Positions 52,994 through 63,360 of a stretch of DNA of 64,000 nt are shown one piece after another; the stretch's first letter is position 1, and each line of letters opens with the position of its first letter. This DNA comes from an uncultured Verrucomicrobiae bacterium (GTDB lineage Bacteria; Verrucomicrobiota; Verrucomicrobiia; Chthoniobacterales; UBA10450), in the NCBI GenBank assembly GCA_963756875.1, contig CAVWPA010000003.1, positions 32,001-96,000 of the forward strand, given 5' to 3'. Under the pieces are notes generated by a model. That model saw only the letters and a list, made by a program, of their open reading frames with translations, had not been told where the DNA came from and made no database searches. The position numbers and the translations under genes were made by a program.

Positions 52994-54412
52994 TCAATAT
53001 CTGCGCCGCATGTTGCTTGGCAGAATATTGAGCTCGGTCCGATACTTTGCCACCGTACGGCGCGCGATCGGAATGCCGCGCTTGCTCAGAATCTCCACGA
53101 TTTCCTTGTCGCTCAGCGGCGCATTGCCATCCTCGCCCTTCACCAGATCGAGGATCGCTTCCTTCACGCTGGTGTTACTCATCGACTCGCCGGTGGCGGT
53201 CTGGTAGCCGGGCGTAAAAAAGTATTTCATTTCAAACACGCCCTGCGGCGTGGACATGTATTTGCCGGAGATGGCGCGGCTCACGGTGGTCTCGTGTACC
53301 CCCACCGCGTCGGCGATCTGCACCATCGTCATCGGCTTAAGATGCGCCGAGCCCTTCTCGAAGAACTCGCGCTGCCGCTTCACAATCTGGTGCGCGATAT
53401 TGGAAATGGTCTGCTGGCGTTGATGGATCGATTTGATCAGAAATTTTCCGCTGCGGATCTTGTCGCGAATGTAGTCCTTCACTTCGCTGCCGTTGCTGTC
53501 CTGCGCCATGATATCCTTGTAAGTATTGCTGATGCGCAGATGAGGAATTTGTTCGCCGTTCAGCATTACCTGGTAATCGCCGTTCACTTTTTCGACGGTC
53601 ACATCGGGTAATACGTAATTTTTTGGCGCCTCCGCGAAGATCGCACCCGGTCGGGGATCGAGTTGCGCAATGTTGTTGGCACATTTTTGCACCTGCTCCG
53701 TGCTGATCCCCATGCGACGCGCAATTTCCGGGAACCGGCGCTTGCCGAGATCCGCCATGTGCTCGGAGATCATTCTATATTCGAGGCTGTTTTGCCTCCC
53801 TTCGCGCTTCAGCTGAATCAGCAGACACTCGCGCAAATCGCGCGCGCCTACTCCGGGCGGATAAAAGCTCTGAATGAGCGTGAGCATGTGCTCGAAATCC
53901 TCCTGCGGAATGCCGGTGTTAAGCGCCATTTCCTCCGGCGTGGTTTGCAAAAATCCGTTGTCATCGATGTTGCCGATAATCAGCTCCGCCGTCTTGCGGT
54001 CCATTGCATTGAGCACGTTTTGATTGAGCTGACCCATCAGATGCTGTTGCAACGTTTCCTGGGTAGGGATGGAGTCGAAAAAAAATTGCCGCTTGTCTTC
54101 AGCCTCCTGCGAGCGCCCGGTGTAGCTGCTCGATTGCGCCATGTAATCGCGCCACTCCTCATCGAGCTTCGCCAGTTTATCGAACTCTTCCTTGAAATTC
54201 TCGTCTGCCGTCTCCTTGGATTCAGGAGGCTCGTCCGCACTCGGTTCGGTCGCCAATTCTTCCAGGACTGGATTCGTTTCCATCTCCTGCTGGACGAGAT
54301 TGCGGAGCTCCAGAAGCGGGGCCTGAAGGATAAGAAGGCTTTGCTGAAGTTGCGGCGCAAGGACCTGCTGAAGGGAGAGATTCTGCGTTTGATGCATTCC
54401 CGGGCCGGCCAT
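52994..54412 (-). CDS. rpoN: RNA polymerase sigma-54 factor
   Basis: PQLQQSL, NPVLEE, GVGARDLRECL, HETTVSRA, RpoN box ARRTVAKYR. Confidence 0.98.
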   Translation of the reverse strand: MAGPGMHQTQNLSLQQVLAPQLQQSLLILQAPLLELRNLVQQEMETNPVLEELATEPSADEPPESKETADENFKEEFDKLAKLDEEWRDYMAQSSSYTGRSQEAEDKRQFFFDSIPTQETLQQHLMGQLNQNVLNAMDRKTAELIIGNIDDNGFLQTTPEEMALNTGIPQEDFEHMLTLIQSFYPPGVGARDLRECLLIQLKREGRQNSLEYRMISEHMADLGKRRFPEIARRMGISTEQVQKCANNIAQLDPRPGAIFAEAPKNYVLPDVTVEKVNGDYQVMLNGEQIPHLRISNTYKDIMAQDSNGSEVKDYIRDKIRSGKFLIKSIHQRQQTISNIAHQIVKRQREFFEKGSAHLKPMTMVQIADAVGVHETTVSRAISGKYMSTPQGVFEMKYFFTPGYQTATGESMSNTSVKEAILDLVKGEDGNAPLSDKEIVEILSKRGIPIARRTVAKYRTELNILPSNMRRRY

Positions 54413-54551
54413 AAGCGGAGCTTACTAACGTCGTCCGGCAGAGGCAAGCAATTTGCGCGCCCGAGGCGGTAGCAATAGCTAACAAGCCCTGTCATTTTCA
54501 ATCGTTTTGTCAGTCATTTTTCGCAACGTTCTGCGATTTTGGCCGTTGAAG

Positions 54552-54586
54552 ATTCCCTGGTGCTTGGGGTTTGGGATTTGGCGCTT
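54552..54586. repeat. partial copy of the 7-mer repeat family seen at 17106-17242
   Basis: attccctggtgcttggggtttgggatttggcgctt. Confidence 0.55.
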
Positions 54587-54630
54587 TTAGCGGCAGCGCC
54601 ATGGCCGAATTCCTGCTTTGAAATTACGCC

Positions 54631-55146
54631 GTGAACGGGCCGCTGCTTGTCGAACAACTGGAAACATTACTGCCGCTGGCAACCGATTGGGCGACGGAAC
54701 AAGAGCGACGGATCCTGTCTGAAGGCGTACCGCTCTCTGACGAAGAAATCGCCGACGCAAAAGCTGTGGGCGTGCAGAAGCCGGAACGCGTTCGTCTGCT
54801 CCAGGTCGATGCGATCCCTGCTCCCGCACATCCGACGTTAAGAGCGGCTTGCGCGACCATCAATTTCCTGACCGCCGCGCCGCGCGGTCTCACTTTTCAA
54901 TACGGCATCTTTGTTCGATCCGATTGCTGGGGGAATCGAGATCTGGTGGCGCACGAACTGGCCCATACCGCCCAATACGAGCGGCTTGGCGGCATCGTCC
55001 CTTTTCTAAAGAGCTACATTGCCCAGTGCGCCACCGTTGGATATCACGAAGCGCCGATGGAACAGGAAGCAATGATGCTCGCGGCGCATACCTGCGCACT
55101 TAAAGAAAAAGAAGATCGCGCCCTGTCACCAATCGGCGCAAGATAA
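54631..55146 (+). CDS. small zincin-like protein (HExxH; DUF4157-like)
   Basis: GLTFQYGIFV, VAHELAHTAQYERLG, PMEQEA. Confidence 0.7.
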   Translation: MNGPLLVEQLETLLPLATDWATEQERRILSEGVPLSDEEIADAKAVGVQKPERVRLLQVDAIPAPAHPTLRAACATINFLTAAPRGLTFQYGIFVRSDCWGNRDLVAHELAHTAQYERLGGIVPFLKSYIAQCATVGYHEAPMEQEAMMLAAHTCALKEKEDRALSPIGAR

Positions 55147-55218
55147 CAAAGCCCTGCGGCGCATCGACATCGTCGCTCCCGGCTTGCTAATGTAGGTTCG
55201 CCTTTCGGAGCGATCGAC

Positions 55219-55668
55219 ATGAACCTTCTGTTAAAAACAAAAAAAGATGCCGAAACCCACTTTGGGCAGAAGGCAACGATGGCGCCAAACCTTCTTGGAA
55301 TGGTGAATCACGGCGAAAAGGCATTCGGATTTCTAACCGGCGACATGGACGAAGGCTTCGACATCACGGTCGGTTTTTTCAATGCCAAGGCGCGCTACAT
55401 CGCTTTCAAAAAACGGACTGGCTCGGCATGGGGCGAAAGCGATCTCCGGGCGGCACTTGGACAGATCGGCCGATACTCCGATTGGTCGGTCAAACCCGGC
55501 TCGGATTTCTTCGATTATGTCGAAAAGGACGGGAAACAAATCGTAGCGGAAGCAACCGGCTGGCAAACGCCGAAGCGGCACTATTGCTTCGCTTACGTCG
55601 CCGATGTTCCGGGAGACATCGGATTAATGCCCGACAAAACGGCTGTGGACCATAAGTTCCCAGCGTGA
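55219..55668 (+). CDS. hypothetical protein
   Basis: 149-aa ORF with GGAG SD and protein-like composition. Confidence 0.6.
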   Translation: MNLLLKTKKDAETHFGQKATMAPNLLGMVNHGEKAFGFLTGDMDEGFDITVGFFNAKARYIAFKKRTGSAWGESDLRAALGQIGRYSDWSVKPGSDFFDYVEKDGKQIVAEATGWQTPKRHYCFAYVADVPGDIGLMPDKTAVDHKFPA

Positions 55669-55685
55669 ACAGCTGGAGAGCGAGA

Positions 55686-56309
55686 TCATCGTCGTTTCGC
55701 CTTGCGGTGGCCAACCATTTCGGCACGAACGGTGCGTAGATCGACTCGGGTAAGTTTCTTTTCCATTACCGGAGTCAGCAGCCGAATGTGTGGAATCTCG
55801 CAGAGATGTTCGGCAATGAACCAGATTGGCTTGTCGGTTGTCATCCAGTGAAGATGATCGAAGCGCGACAGGTTCACGGGGCGCGAATAGCGGCGTAACG
55901 TGCGCTCCCAGCGCAAGTTGAAGTAGATGTTGAAGTAGCTCATGGCCAGCTCGCGCAGGTTGCGATAAACCGGCTCGCGATAACGGCAGCCCGTAAAATT
56001 GGATTTCGCCACCGCACCCCAATGTCCGCGCACCTTAAAAATCGCCACCACGTGGTCGGTGTCGTGGTCGGCTTCGAGGTCAAAGATCAACGGCGGAAAT
56101 CCGAGAGCGCGCAGCGCCGCCGCTGCAAAAATTCCGCCCTCCAGGCAGGAGGCGGTCCGATCGTGTAGAACTCTTCGCGGTGAGCGAGCGGTGAAACTGA
56201 GATTGTAAGGCAGCTCATCAAGAAACCGCTGCACTCCTGCCGGCGTCTTCAGCGCCCGCAGCGTACGGCGCTCCGACGGCGTGAAACCGAAATCAGAACT
56301 CGAAAGCAC
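55686..56309 (-). CDS. transglutaminase-like (Cys-His) conserved protein
   Basis: TPAGVQRFL, SPRRVL..ASCLEG, DHVVAIF, WGAVAKSN, YREPVY; start estimated. Confidence 0.75.
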   Translation of the reverse strand: MLSSSDFGFTPSERRTLRALKTPAGVQRFLDELPYNLSFTARSPRRVLHDRTASCLEGGIFAAAALRALGFPPLIFDLEADHDTDHVVAIFKVRGHWGAVAKSNFTGCRYREPVYRNLRELAMSYFNIYFNLRWERTLRRYSRPVNLSRFDHLHWMTTDKPIWFIAEHLCEIPHIRLLTPVMEKKLTRVDLRTVRAEMVGHRKAKRR

Positions 56310-56368
56310 CAACCTCCAATACCCAACATCCAAAGAATCACCAAATCCCAATCTGGGATTTGGAGCGT
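56303..56368. repeat. copy of the 7-mer repeat family
   Basis: aaagcaccaacctccaatacccaacatccaaagaatcaccaaatcccaatctgggatttggagcgtt. Confidence 0.6.
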
Positions 56369-56392
56369 TCGGCTGTGACTTCGTCAACGAAG

Positions 56393-56956
56393 TCAGAGTC
56401 CGGCCGGATGGCGGGCCACGAAACCGAACGGAAAGCGGATTGTGCGCTGCCAGCGCGGCGCCCATCGATCGTGACCGGTAAGATACGGTGTCGTGTCGAG
56501 ACGCAGGCCCGCGATAATGGCGAACGTATGGCCGCTGCGCGCGTAAACCGTGATCCATTTGCCACAACCGCGCTCTCCGAAATGGCGAAACTCAGACGAA
56601 CTCATCGGTGATCTGATCAAACCCGCCGCCGCCAGCGCGTAGGAAACTGTCCCGGAACAATCGTAGGCGCTGTCGAGAAACGAACGATGACCGCCGCCGT
56701 ATCGGTACGGCTTCGAGCGAAGTTGGTTCGCAGCCCAAATGGCACGCTTCACGGCCAGCGGAGCTTTTTCCGGCGCAGCCGCCTTGCCGCCGGCGCGGAG
56801 ACGCGCCTTGCTTCCCGGCACGACGGGGCCCGAGGAGGGGAAAGAGCCTGCGACGGCTACCGACGAAAGGAACACGCCGAAAACAGTCACGCCAAAAAAA
56901 ATCTTAAACCTCGCCAAATGCACAACTCGTTCGGAGCGTGTGTTATGCCATAACAT
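56393..56956 (-). CDS. secreted NlpC/P60-like peptidoglycan endopeptidase
   Basis: KPYRYGGGH, YDCSGTVS, GHTF; signal-like N-terminus. Confidence 0.85.
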   Translation of the reverse strand: MLWHNTRSERVVHLARFKIFFGVTVFGVFLSSVAVAGSFPSSGPVVPGSKARLRAGGKAAAPEKAPLAVKRAIWAANQLRSKPYRYGGGHRSFLDSAYDCSGTVSYALAAAGLIRSPMSSSEFRHFGERGCGKWITVYARSGHTFAIIAGLRLDTTPYLTGHDRWAPRWQRTIRFPFGFVARHPAGL

Positions 56957-57088
56957 CTGTTGACGAGAAAGAAGAAATTCACGCGATTATTCGAAATTCG
57001 CATTCATGCAACGCCAACCGTGTTAGCGGAATAGCTTATGCTGCAAAAGTTGTTCGGCACAGATTGAATAACAGTCGGTGCCGAGAGT

Positions 57089-58018
57089 ATGCCCCAACTC
57101 GACTTCCGCCAGCTTTTCCCCTCGTCTAAACAAGAGCCAATTTTACCTCCAGATTCGTGGCCGGAACAGCCGGAGGACCGCATCGGGAGCGCACCCAAAA
57201 ACTTTCAACGAGCAAAACGGCAGGGCCGTCTTGGTTATTTGGGATGGATCAACATCGCTTTCGTGGCGCTCGCCGCGCTCGGCGCCATCATCTGCGCATT
57301 TTACTTCTTTAATGCCACCAAGCTTCTATGCACGACAGCGGCATGGTCCCGGGAATTTCTCTATCCGCAGCCTCCAGCCTTGGCTGCTGCGAATATCAAG
57401 ACGTCGAATCGGCTGGCTGCCGCGGGCCGTGTCGCGAACTCAACCGGACGTGTGAACGATGTCGCTCATGACACGGCTGCACCGTTTAACCGGAGTGTCT
57501 GGCCGCGAGATCTCTCCAATCCCACCACGCTCGGTCCGGCGAATTCGGCCCCGGGTGCTCTTTCGATAAGGCCACAGACCCCCACTGAGAGTTCGCTAAC
57601 CAGTGAGCGCAACACTCTTTCGAGAGATGCAAAGTCGGTGGCCGAGACGGCTCATCAGACTGTTTCAAAATCGGAATCCGGGGAAAAGACCACGGTCTCC
57701 ACGCGCAAGACATCTGCCTCCGCGCACAAGCGCACTTCAAAAGTAAGGAAAAAAAACGTCCGGCGATTAAGGACGGTTGCCCGCAAATCGAGGACAACGT
57801 CGAAACCGTCGGCGCGCCCCACCACGCGAACCACACAAAAGACCAGCACTCGTGTTCAGTCGACTGCGCGCAGTCCCGGAACATCTCGTACCGCGGGCGG
57901 AACCGGTAGCACCCCGGGGGGATTCGGCGCGGCTCCGGGAGGATTGCGCGGCTTTAGTGGACGCATCGGTGGATTCATGGGCCGTGGCGGGATGGCCGGC
58001 GGCGGGCGCGGGCGTTAA
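57089..58018 (+). CDS. hypothetical single-TM protein with long basic/Ser-Thr low-complexity region and Gly-Arg tail
   Basis: TM WINIAFVALAALGAIICAFYFF; ends GGFMGRGGMAGGGRGR. Confidence 0.6.
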   Translation: MPQLDFRQLFPSSKQEPILPPDSWPEQPEDRIGSAPKNFQRAKRQGRLGYLGWINIAFVALAALGAIICAFYFFNATKLLCTTAAWSREFLYPQPPALAAANIKTSNRLAAAGRVANSTGRVNDVAHDTAAPFNRSVWPRDLSNPTTLGPANSAPGALSIRPQTPTESSLTSERNTLSRDAKSVAETAHQTVSKSESGEKTTVSTRKTSASAHKRTSKVRKKNVRRLRTVARKSRTTSKPSARPTTRTTQKTSTRVQSTARSPGTSRTAGGTGSTPGGFGAAPGGLRGFSGRIGGFMGRGGMAGGGRGR

Positions 58019-58099
58019 TCTTCCATCTTTCCGAATAGTCATGCCGGTCCGTGCGCATTAATCTGATGGCGACATAAAAGTTCGTGATATTCTTGCGGT

Positions 58100-58702
58100 A
58101 TGATGCGCGGTCTGGCGCTTCTTATTACGGTGGCAATCGCTGCCAGCGCGTCTGCTCAGGATGAATCGTCGAAGCAGGACGATCCCGACTCATTCGAGAT
58201 CGAACCGCCGCTGCTGATTCCAAATCGGGAAAGCGAACCGCTGCCGAAGACGTCGAAGGCGCCAGTGCAGGACGCTGATGTTGCGCATTTAGAGAAGAAG
58301 CTCGAACGCGCGAAGAGAAATGCCGCGGGCACCGAACGCCTTTGTCGAATCGGCGCCCTCGCCAAAATTGAAGTGGAACAACGCGATCTGCGTGTCGTGC
58401 GTTTGGAATACGATCTCGCCGATGCGCGGCTGGCGCTGGCAAAAGTGGACCTGGCCGCGCAGGAATCGCAGGCCGCGACCAGCGAGAACGCGAAACAGGA
58501 TCTCCGGGCCGCCACAGTAACGCTCGCCCGGGCCATCGAGGCCGCGCATGCCGCCAAGGCAAAGCTCGAGCGCGCCGAGCTCGATGCTGCCCAGGCAAAC
58601 TTGCGGCGCCAGAAGAAACTTCTCGCGCTCGGTAGCGCGCGAAAATCCGACGTCGCGCGCGCCGAACAAAAACTTGTCGAGCTAAAAGCGCCGAAAAATT
58701 AG
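58100..58702 (+). CDS. secreted coiled-coil hypothetical protein
   Basis: Signal peptide; repeated helical motif (RLCRIGALAKIEV / KLLALGSARKSDV) reminiscent of efflux adaptor/TolC helices. Confidence 0.65.
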   Translation: MMRGLALLITVAIAASASAQDESSKQDDPDSFEIEPPLLIPNRESEPLPKTSKAPVQDADVAHLEKKLERAKRNAAGTERLCRIGALAKIEVEQRDLRVVRLEYDLADARLALAKVDLAAQESQAATSENAKQDLRAATVTLARAIEAAHAAKAKLERAELDAAQANLRRQKKLLALGSARKSDVARAEQKLVELKAPKN

Positions 58703-60066
58703 TCGCGTTGCGCGCGATTTTGGGACGCGGTCCGGAGAAAATACAGCACGGACGCCACAAGAAGCACGATTGCGGTCACGGTGAACTCGCGCAGGGTCGC
58801 GTGCGCCAGAATCCAAACGATCACGGCGATCGCCAGTGCCGGCACGATTTTCACTCCCGGAAAACTGACACTGGAAGTTTTCGCAGTTGAAGAGCCGGGG
58901 TCGGTTCGAACGTCCCGGCTGATCAGGGGCCAGCAGGCCGCGCAGCACAGCAAGTACATTAAGAGTACCGCGACGTTCGACAGCACAGCCAGCGCTTCGA
59001 ATGTCGACGTTATGGAAAACGCAAAGGCAACGACGGCGTAAACGATGATGGCTACGTCCGGCGAGCGATAGCGCGGATGAACGTGGGCGAACCACGTCGG
59101 CAACACCCCGTCCCGGCCGAATGCGAACAAAATCCGGGGCGAACTCAGAATATCGCTGGTGACAAAACCAAACGCGGAGATGGCCGCGCCGGCCACCAGG
59201 ATGGTGCGCCCGAGATTTCCCAGAAAAAGCGCGGCCGATTCCGCCAGTGGCGTATCGGGATGATTGGCCAAATCGGCACCCAGCGTGCCTTGCGCCACAA
59301 GCTGGATCATGATGTAGAGCACGGTGGTTATGGCCAGGGCGATGTAGATTGCGCGCGGCACGGTGCGCGCGGGGTTTTTGACTTCGCCGCTGGGAATCAG
59401 GGCGACTTCGATGCCGACGAAAGCAAAGATCAGGAGGATCACACTATCGCCTAACGCCTTGCTTCCAGGCCAACCGGGCCAGCCCATGTTCGCGGGATGA
59501 ATGAAGAATATTCCCGCGCAGACGAACAACAGCAGCGGCAGGAGTTTCGCCAACGTGACAACTGACACGGCGCCAGCGCCGACGCGGACGCCGCGGACAT
59601 TGATGACCACGAGCAATCCGTAGACGACCAACATGACAACAACACGGACCACCGGATTTCCAAAAAGCGGGACCAGTCCGGCGATGGAGTTTACGAGAAC
59701 ATTTACTACGCCGGCGACAGCCGTGACCGCGGTGATGTAGTAAAGCACACCGGCGAGAAATCCGACGTAACGACCAAAGGCAATCTCGACGTACGCGTAA
59801 AGTCCACCGGTGAGCGAAACGCGACTTCCCGCGACAGCAAAGCAGGTCACAAACAAAACCATCGCCAGCGCGCAAGCAACAAAGGCAAGAGGCGCGGCGG
59901 CGCCAAGACCCTTGGCCACCAGCGCGGGCAGGACAAAAATGCCCGCGCCGATGGTTGAATTCACGATGTTGGCTGTCAGGCCGGGGACGCCGATCGCGCG
60001 GACGAGCCGGTGATCGACGCGCTCCGCTTGTTGGATCGATATCGTCTCCTCAACCACTCCGCGCAT
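58699..60066 (-). CDS. APC family amino acid permease
   Basis: TIGAGIF, TGGLYAY, FAFVGIE, GEVKNPARTVPRA, SPRILFAFGRDG. Confidence 0.92.
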   Translation of the reverse strand: MRGVVEETISIQQAERVDHRLVRAIGVPGLTANIVNSTIGAGIFVLPALVAKGLGAAAPLAFVACALAMVLFVTCFAVAGSRVSLTGGLYAYVEIAFGRYVGFLAGVLYYITAVTAVAGVVNVLVNSIAGLVPLFGNPVVRVVVMLVVYGLLVVINVRGVRVGAGAVSVVTLAKLLPLLLFVCAGIFFIHPANMGWPGWPGSKALGDSVILLIFAFVGIEVALIPSGEVKNPARTVPRAIYIALAITTVLYIMIQLVAQGTLGADLANHPDTPLAESAALFLGNLGRTILVAGAAISAFGFVTSDILSSPRILFAFGRDGVLPTWFAHVHPRYRSPDVAIIVYAVVAFAFSITSTFEALAVLSNVAVLLMYLLCCAACWPLISRDVRTDPGSSTAKTSSVSFPGVKIVPALAIAVIVWILAHATLREFTVTAIVLLVASVLYFLRTASQNRAQRD

Positions 60067-60116
60067 CGTGATTTATCGCGCAAGGAAGAGCAAGGTGGAT
60101 CGACCCGCTCAGTTCG

Positions 60117-60260
60117 GGGGAGCGCACGCGCACGCGCGTGCTGTTTGTCGCGCCTTCGCGGCAAACCTCTTAGGTATTCAACGCAGCGCAGCATGCGGAC
60201 GAGGAAAAGTTTGCGATGGCGAGGGCGCCATCGCCGGCACGCGAGGCGCGTGCGCTCCCC
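60117..60260. repeat. REPIN-like element, family A
   Basis: ggggagcgcacgcgc ... gcgcgtgcgctcccc with inner hairpin gcgatggcgagggcgccatcgc. Confidence 0.85.
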
Positions 60261-60321
60261 GGAATTGTGCCGCTCGCTTCAGTTGGACGTTCAGCGTTCG
60301 GCGTTTTCTTTTCCGAAATCT

Positions 60322-62129
60322 TCAGTATCCCGCCGCCTGCCCGTCTTTGCGCGATTCGCTCGCACCGACATAGACGCGCTGGCCCTGATGCATTTCCACC
60401 TTGATCGCCTGGTAACCGCCGTAACCGCCTACGTCGAACCGAACGTCGTGCCCCATTTTGCGCAATTCTCGCACCGTTTCGTACGGATTCCGCTTTCGAC
60501 ATCGACAAATCCTGCCGGGCCAACTTTAACGCCGCCTTCTGTAACACCCGTTTCGTTAGGCTCCTGGCTGCTTTCGTGTTGCCAGCGCGAAGCGTCGCCC
60601 GCTTCCTGCACGTTCAGGCCGAAATCGATCTGGTTCGTCAACACCTGGACGTGGCCCTGCGGTTGCATCCCGCCGCCCATCACTCCGAAGGCTTCCCATG
60701 GCTTGCCATCCTTCATCACGAAACCGGGAATAATGGTGTGAAATGGCCGTTTTCCCGGCGCGTAAACGTTCGCATGCCCAGGCTCCATCGAAAAAAGCTG
60801 TCCACGATCCTGAAACATGAAGCCAAGCCCCGGCACCACAATCCCGCTTCCCATCCCGCGATAATTGCTTTGAATCAGGCTAACCATGTTTCCCGCGTCG
60901 TCCGCGGTGCACATGTAAATCGTGTCGCCCCGGTCCAGCGCCCCGGGTGTCTGTGGTGGCAGCCGTGTCGGCTGCGATTCCTTCCGATCTGCAGGCGGCA
61001 CGCCTGCCTCTACAGCTTTCGCCGCGTGATTCGGATCGATCAGTTTTCGTCGTTCCTCCGCGTACTTTTTCGAGAGCAGCCCTTTCAGCGGAATTTTTGC
61101 AAATGCGGGATCGGCGTAAAACTTTGCCCGGTCCGCCCATACCAATTTCTTCGCCTCAATCATCGTGTGCAGCGTTTCGGGCGAATTGCGACCCATCGCG
61201 CGCAGATTGTACCCCTCCAGGATGTTCAACATCTCGAGCGTCGCGATCCCCTGGCCGTTGGGCGGCAATTCGTACACATCGTAGCCGCGGTAATTCACCG
61301 AGGCCGGGTCGACCCACGTTGAGGTATGCTTTTCGAAATCGATCTTGCGCAGATATCCGCCATTCGCCTTCATGAACGCGTCGATCTTGTCCGCTATCTC
61401 GCCCTTATAAAAAACGTCGCGCCCTTTCTCGCCGATTAATCGCAGCGTGTTGGCCAGCGCCGGGTTTTTGAAAACGTCGCCTTCGGCTGGAGTCCGGCCT
61501 TTCCCATCGAGCGTGTACGTTTCGAAAAACGCACCGGGCAACCCCTTGTAAATTCGCGGACCGAACGACCAGTAATACGAGATCAGCTGAGTGACCGGAA
61601 AACCTCCCTCCGCGTAATGGATCGCCGGCGCAAGATCGTCCGCCAGCGTCAGTTTGCCGAATTTCTTGTGCAGCTGGTCCCAGGCATCCACAGTTCCCGG
61701 CACACTGATCGGCAACATCCCCCTCGGCGGAATTGTGTCCTCATGAAGTTTCGCCAGTTCCGCCTTCATCTGATCGTAGCTAAGTCCGAGCGGAGAGCGC
61801 CCGCTGCCGTTAATCCCGTAAAGCTTGTTCTCCTTCGCGCTGTAAACGATCGCAAACAGGTCGCCGCCGACGCCGTTGGAAACCGGTTCCATCAATCCGA
61901 GCGTTGCGTTCGCCGCGATGGCCGCGTCCACCGCGCTGCCGCCCCGCTTTAGAATCTCGATTCCCACCTGCGTCGCGGCAGGCACACTCGTGCAGACCAT
62001 TCCGTGCCGGGCCAAAACCTGCGAGCGTGTCGCGAAGTTTCTACCGTTGATCCTGTCGATCTGCGCGAACGACGTTCCGGTGGTTGCGAGCAACAGGGTC
62101 ACGGCACAAGCGGCGCAAATCGATTTCAT
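60322..62129 (-). CDS. ggt: gamma-glutamyltransferase (one base missing near 60485)
   Basis: GGSAVDAAIA, PPNGQG, GDTIY (nucleophile Thr), SLIQSN, PGKRPFHTI, GGGMQPQG; corrected end ...GGYQAI...ESRKDGQAAGY* at 60322. Confidence 0.95.
60952..61014. repeat. GTAG-type REP doublet inside the ggt coding sequence (63 bp)
   Basis: Minus strand tgtagaggcaggcgtgccgcctgc-agatcggaaggaatc-gcagccgacacggctgccaccaca. Confidence 0.8.
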
Positions 62130-62247
62130 GGATCGAAGATTACCACCGACATCCGCTGGCGCGAGACGAGAGTTTTATGGATGGCATTCGCGATTCCAAT
62201 CGAACAGCATTCAAGGAATTCGAACCTCGAACCGTCAAACCGGTAAC

Positions 62248-63237
62248 ATGCTTTTCCGCCTGCTGATTATCATGACGCTGCTCGGCCCGATCATCGTGCC
62301 GGCGACAGCAGCGGAGCAGACGCTCGGCGAAAAGATCAAAAAGATTTTCACGACGCCGACTCCCACTCCGACGCCGCGGAAGAAAAAGCATTCGCCCACG
62401 ACGAAAGAAAAATCCCGTTCGCAAAAAACTTCGGAAGCGAAAGAGAAATCCACAACCGGTTCTCACAAGAAGACAAAAAAATCTTCGCCTTCTCGCACGC
62501 CATCCCCATCGCCCAGCGCGTCGCCTCCGCACAAAAAAAAGCATTCTCCCACACCGAAACCGTCCGAAACGCCGGAAGAATCTCCATCGCCAAGCCCGAC
62601 TCTGACTCCGACACCGGCTCCTTCGCCGGCTGCCTCAAAGAAACATGGCGTGCCGGACGCGACGCTGACTCCCGGGCAAATCAAGGGCTTCGATGATTAT
62701 CCTGAGAAAGTGCGGAAACTTGTCGCGTCGGCGCTCGAACTCACGGCGCGGAACCTCGATTACAAATACGGCTCGGCCGATCCTGGCAACGGCGGCATGG
62801 ATTGCTCGGGCTTCGTTTACTTCGTGTTGAGAGAAAACGGAATTAAAGATGTTCCGCGCGATTCGAGCGAGCAATACGTCTGGGTGCGCAAGGCCCACGA
62901 GTTCGAGGCGGTGCTAAGCCGGCAGGAGGATTCGTTTGAGCTGGAAGATCTGAAACCGGGCGATCTTCTTTTCTGGACCGGCACCTACTCCATCGAGCGC
63001 GACCCGCCGATTACGCACGCCATGATTTATCTGGGTCGCGAAAGGAAAACCGGAAAACGAGTCATGGTCGGCGCCAGCGACGGCAGGGTTTACGACGGGA
63101 AATCACGCTTTGGCGTCAGCGTTTTCGATTTCAAAATTCACACCGGCAAAAAACCCGAGGAAGGAAAGACGTTCCCAACCTTCGTCGGCTACGGGCACAT
63201 CCCGGGACTGGGAACACGACGCGATGAAGCCCAGTAA
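62248..63237 (+). CDS. secreted NlpC/P60 (C40) peptidase with Lys/Ser/Pro-rich linker
   Basis: Signal peptide from MLFRLL; YKYGS, GMDCSGFV, VPRDSSEQY, PGDLLFW, THAMIYLG. Confidence 0.9.
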   Translation: MLFRLLIIMTLLGPIIVPATAAEQTLGEKIKKIFTTPTPTPTPRKKKHSPTTKEKSRSQKTSEAKEKSTTGSHKKTKKSSPSRTPSPSPSASPPHKKKHSPTPKPSETPEESPSPSPTLTPTPAPSPAASKKHGVPDATLTPGQIKGFDDYPEKVRKLVASALELTARNLDYKYGSADPGNGGMDCSGFVYFVLRENGIKDVPRDSSEQYVWVRKAHEFEAVLSRQEDSFELEDLKPGDLLFWTGTYSIERDPPITHAMIYLGRERKTGKRVMVGASDGRVYDGKSRFGVSVFDFKIHTGKKPEEGKTFPTFVGYGHIPGLGTRRDEAQ

Positions 63238-63360
63238 CGCCGTCTCGTTGCGGCCCTCTCGTTTTAAAAACCTATAGGCTGCGGCGCGGCAGTTAGCGCG
63301 ATGAACGCGCCTGCCCCGCCGTATTTGAACCAGTCCCAAATCTTCGCAAGATTCTTCGTT

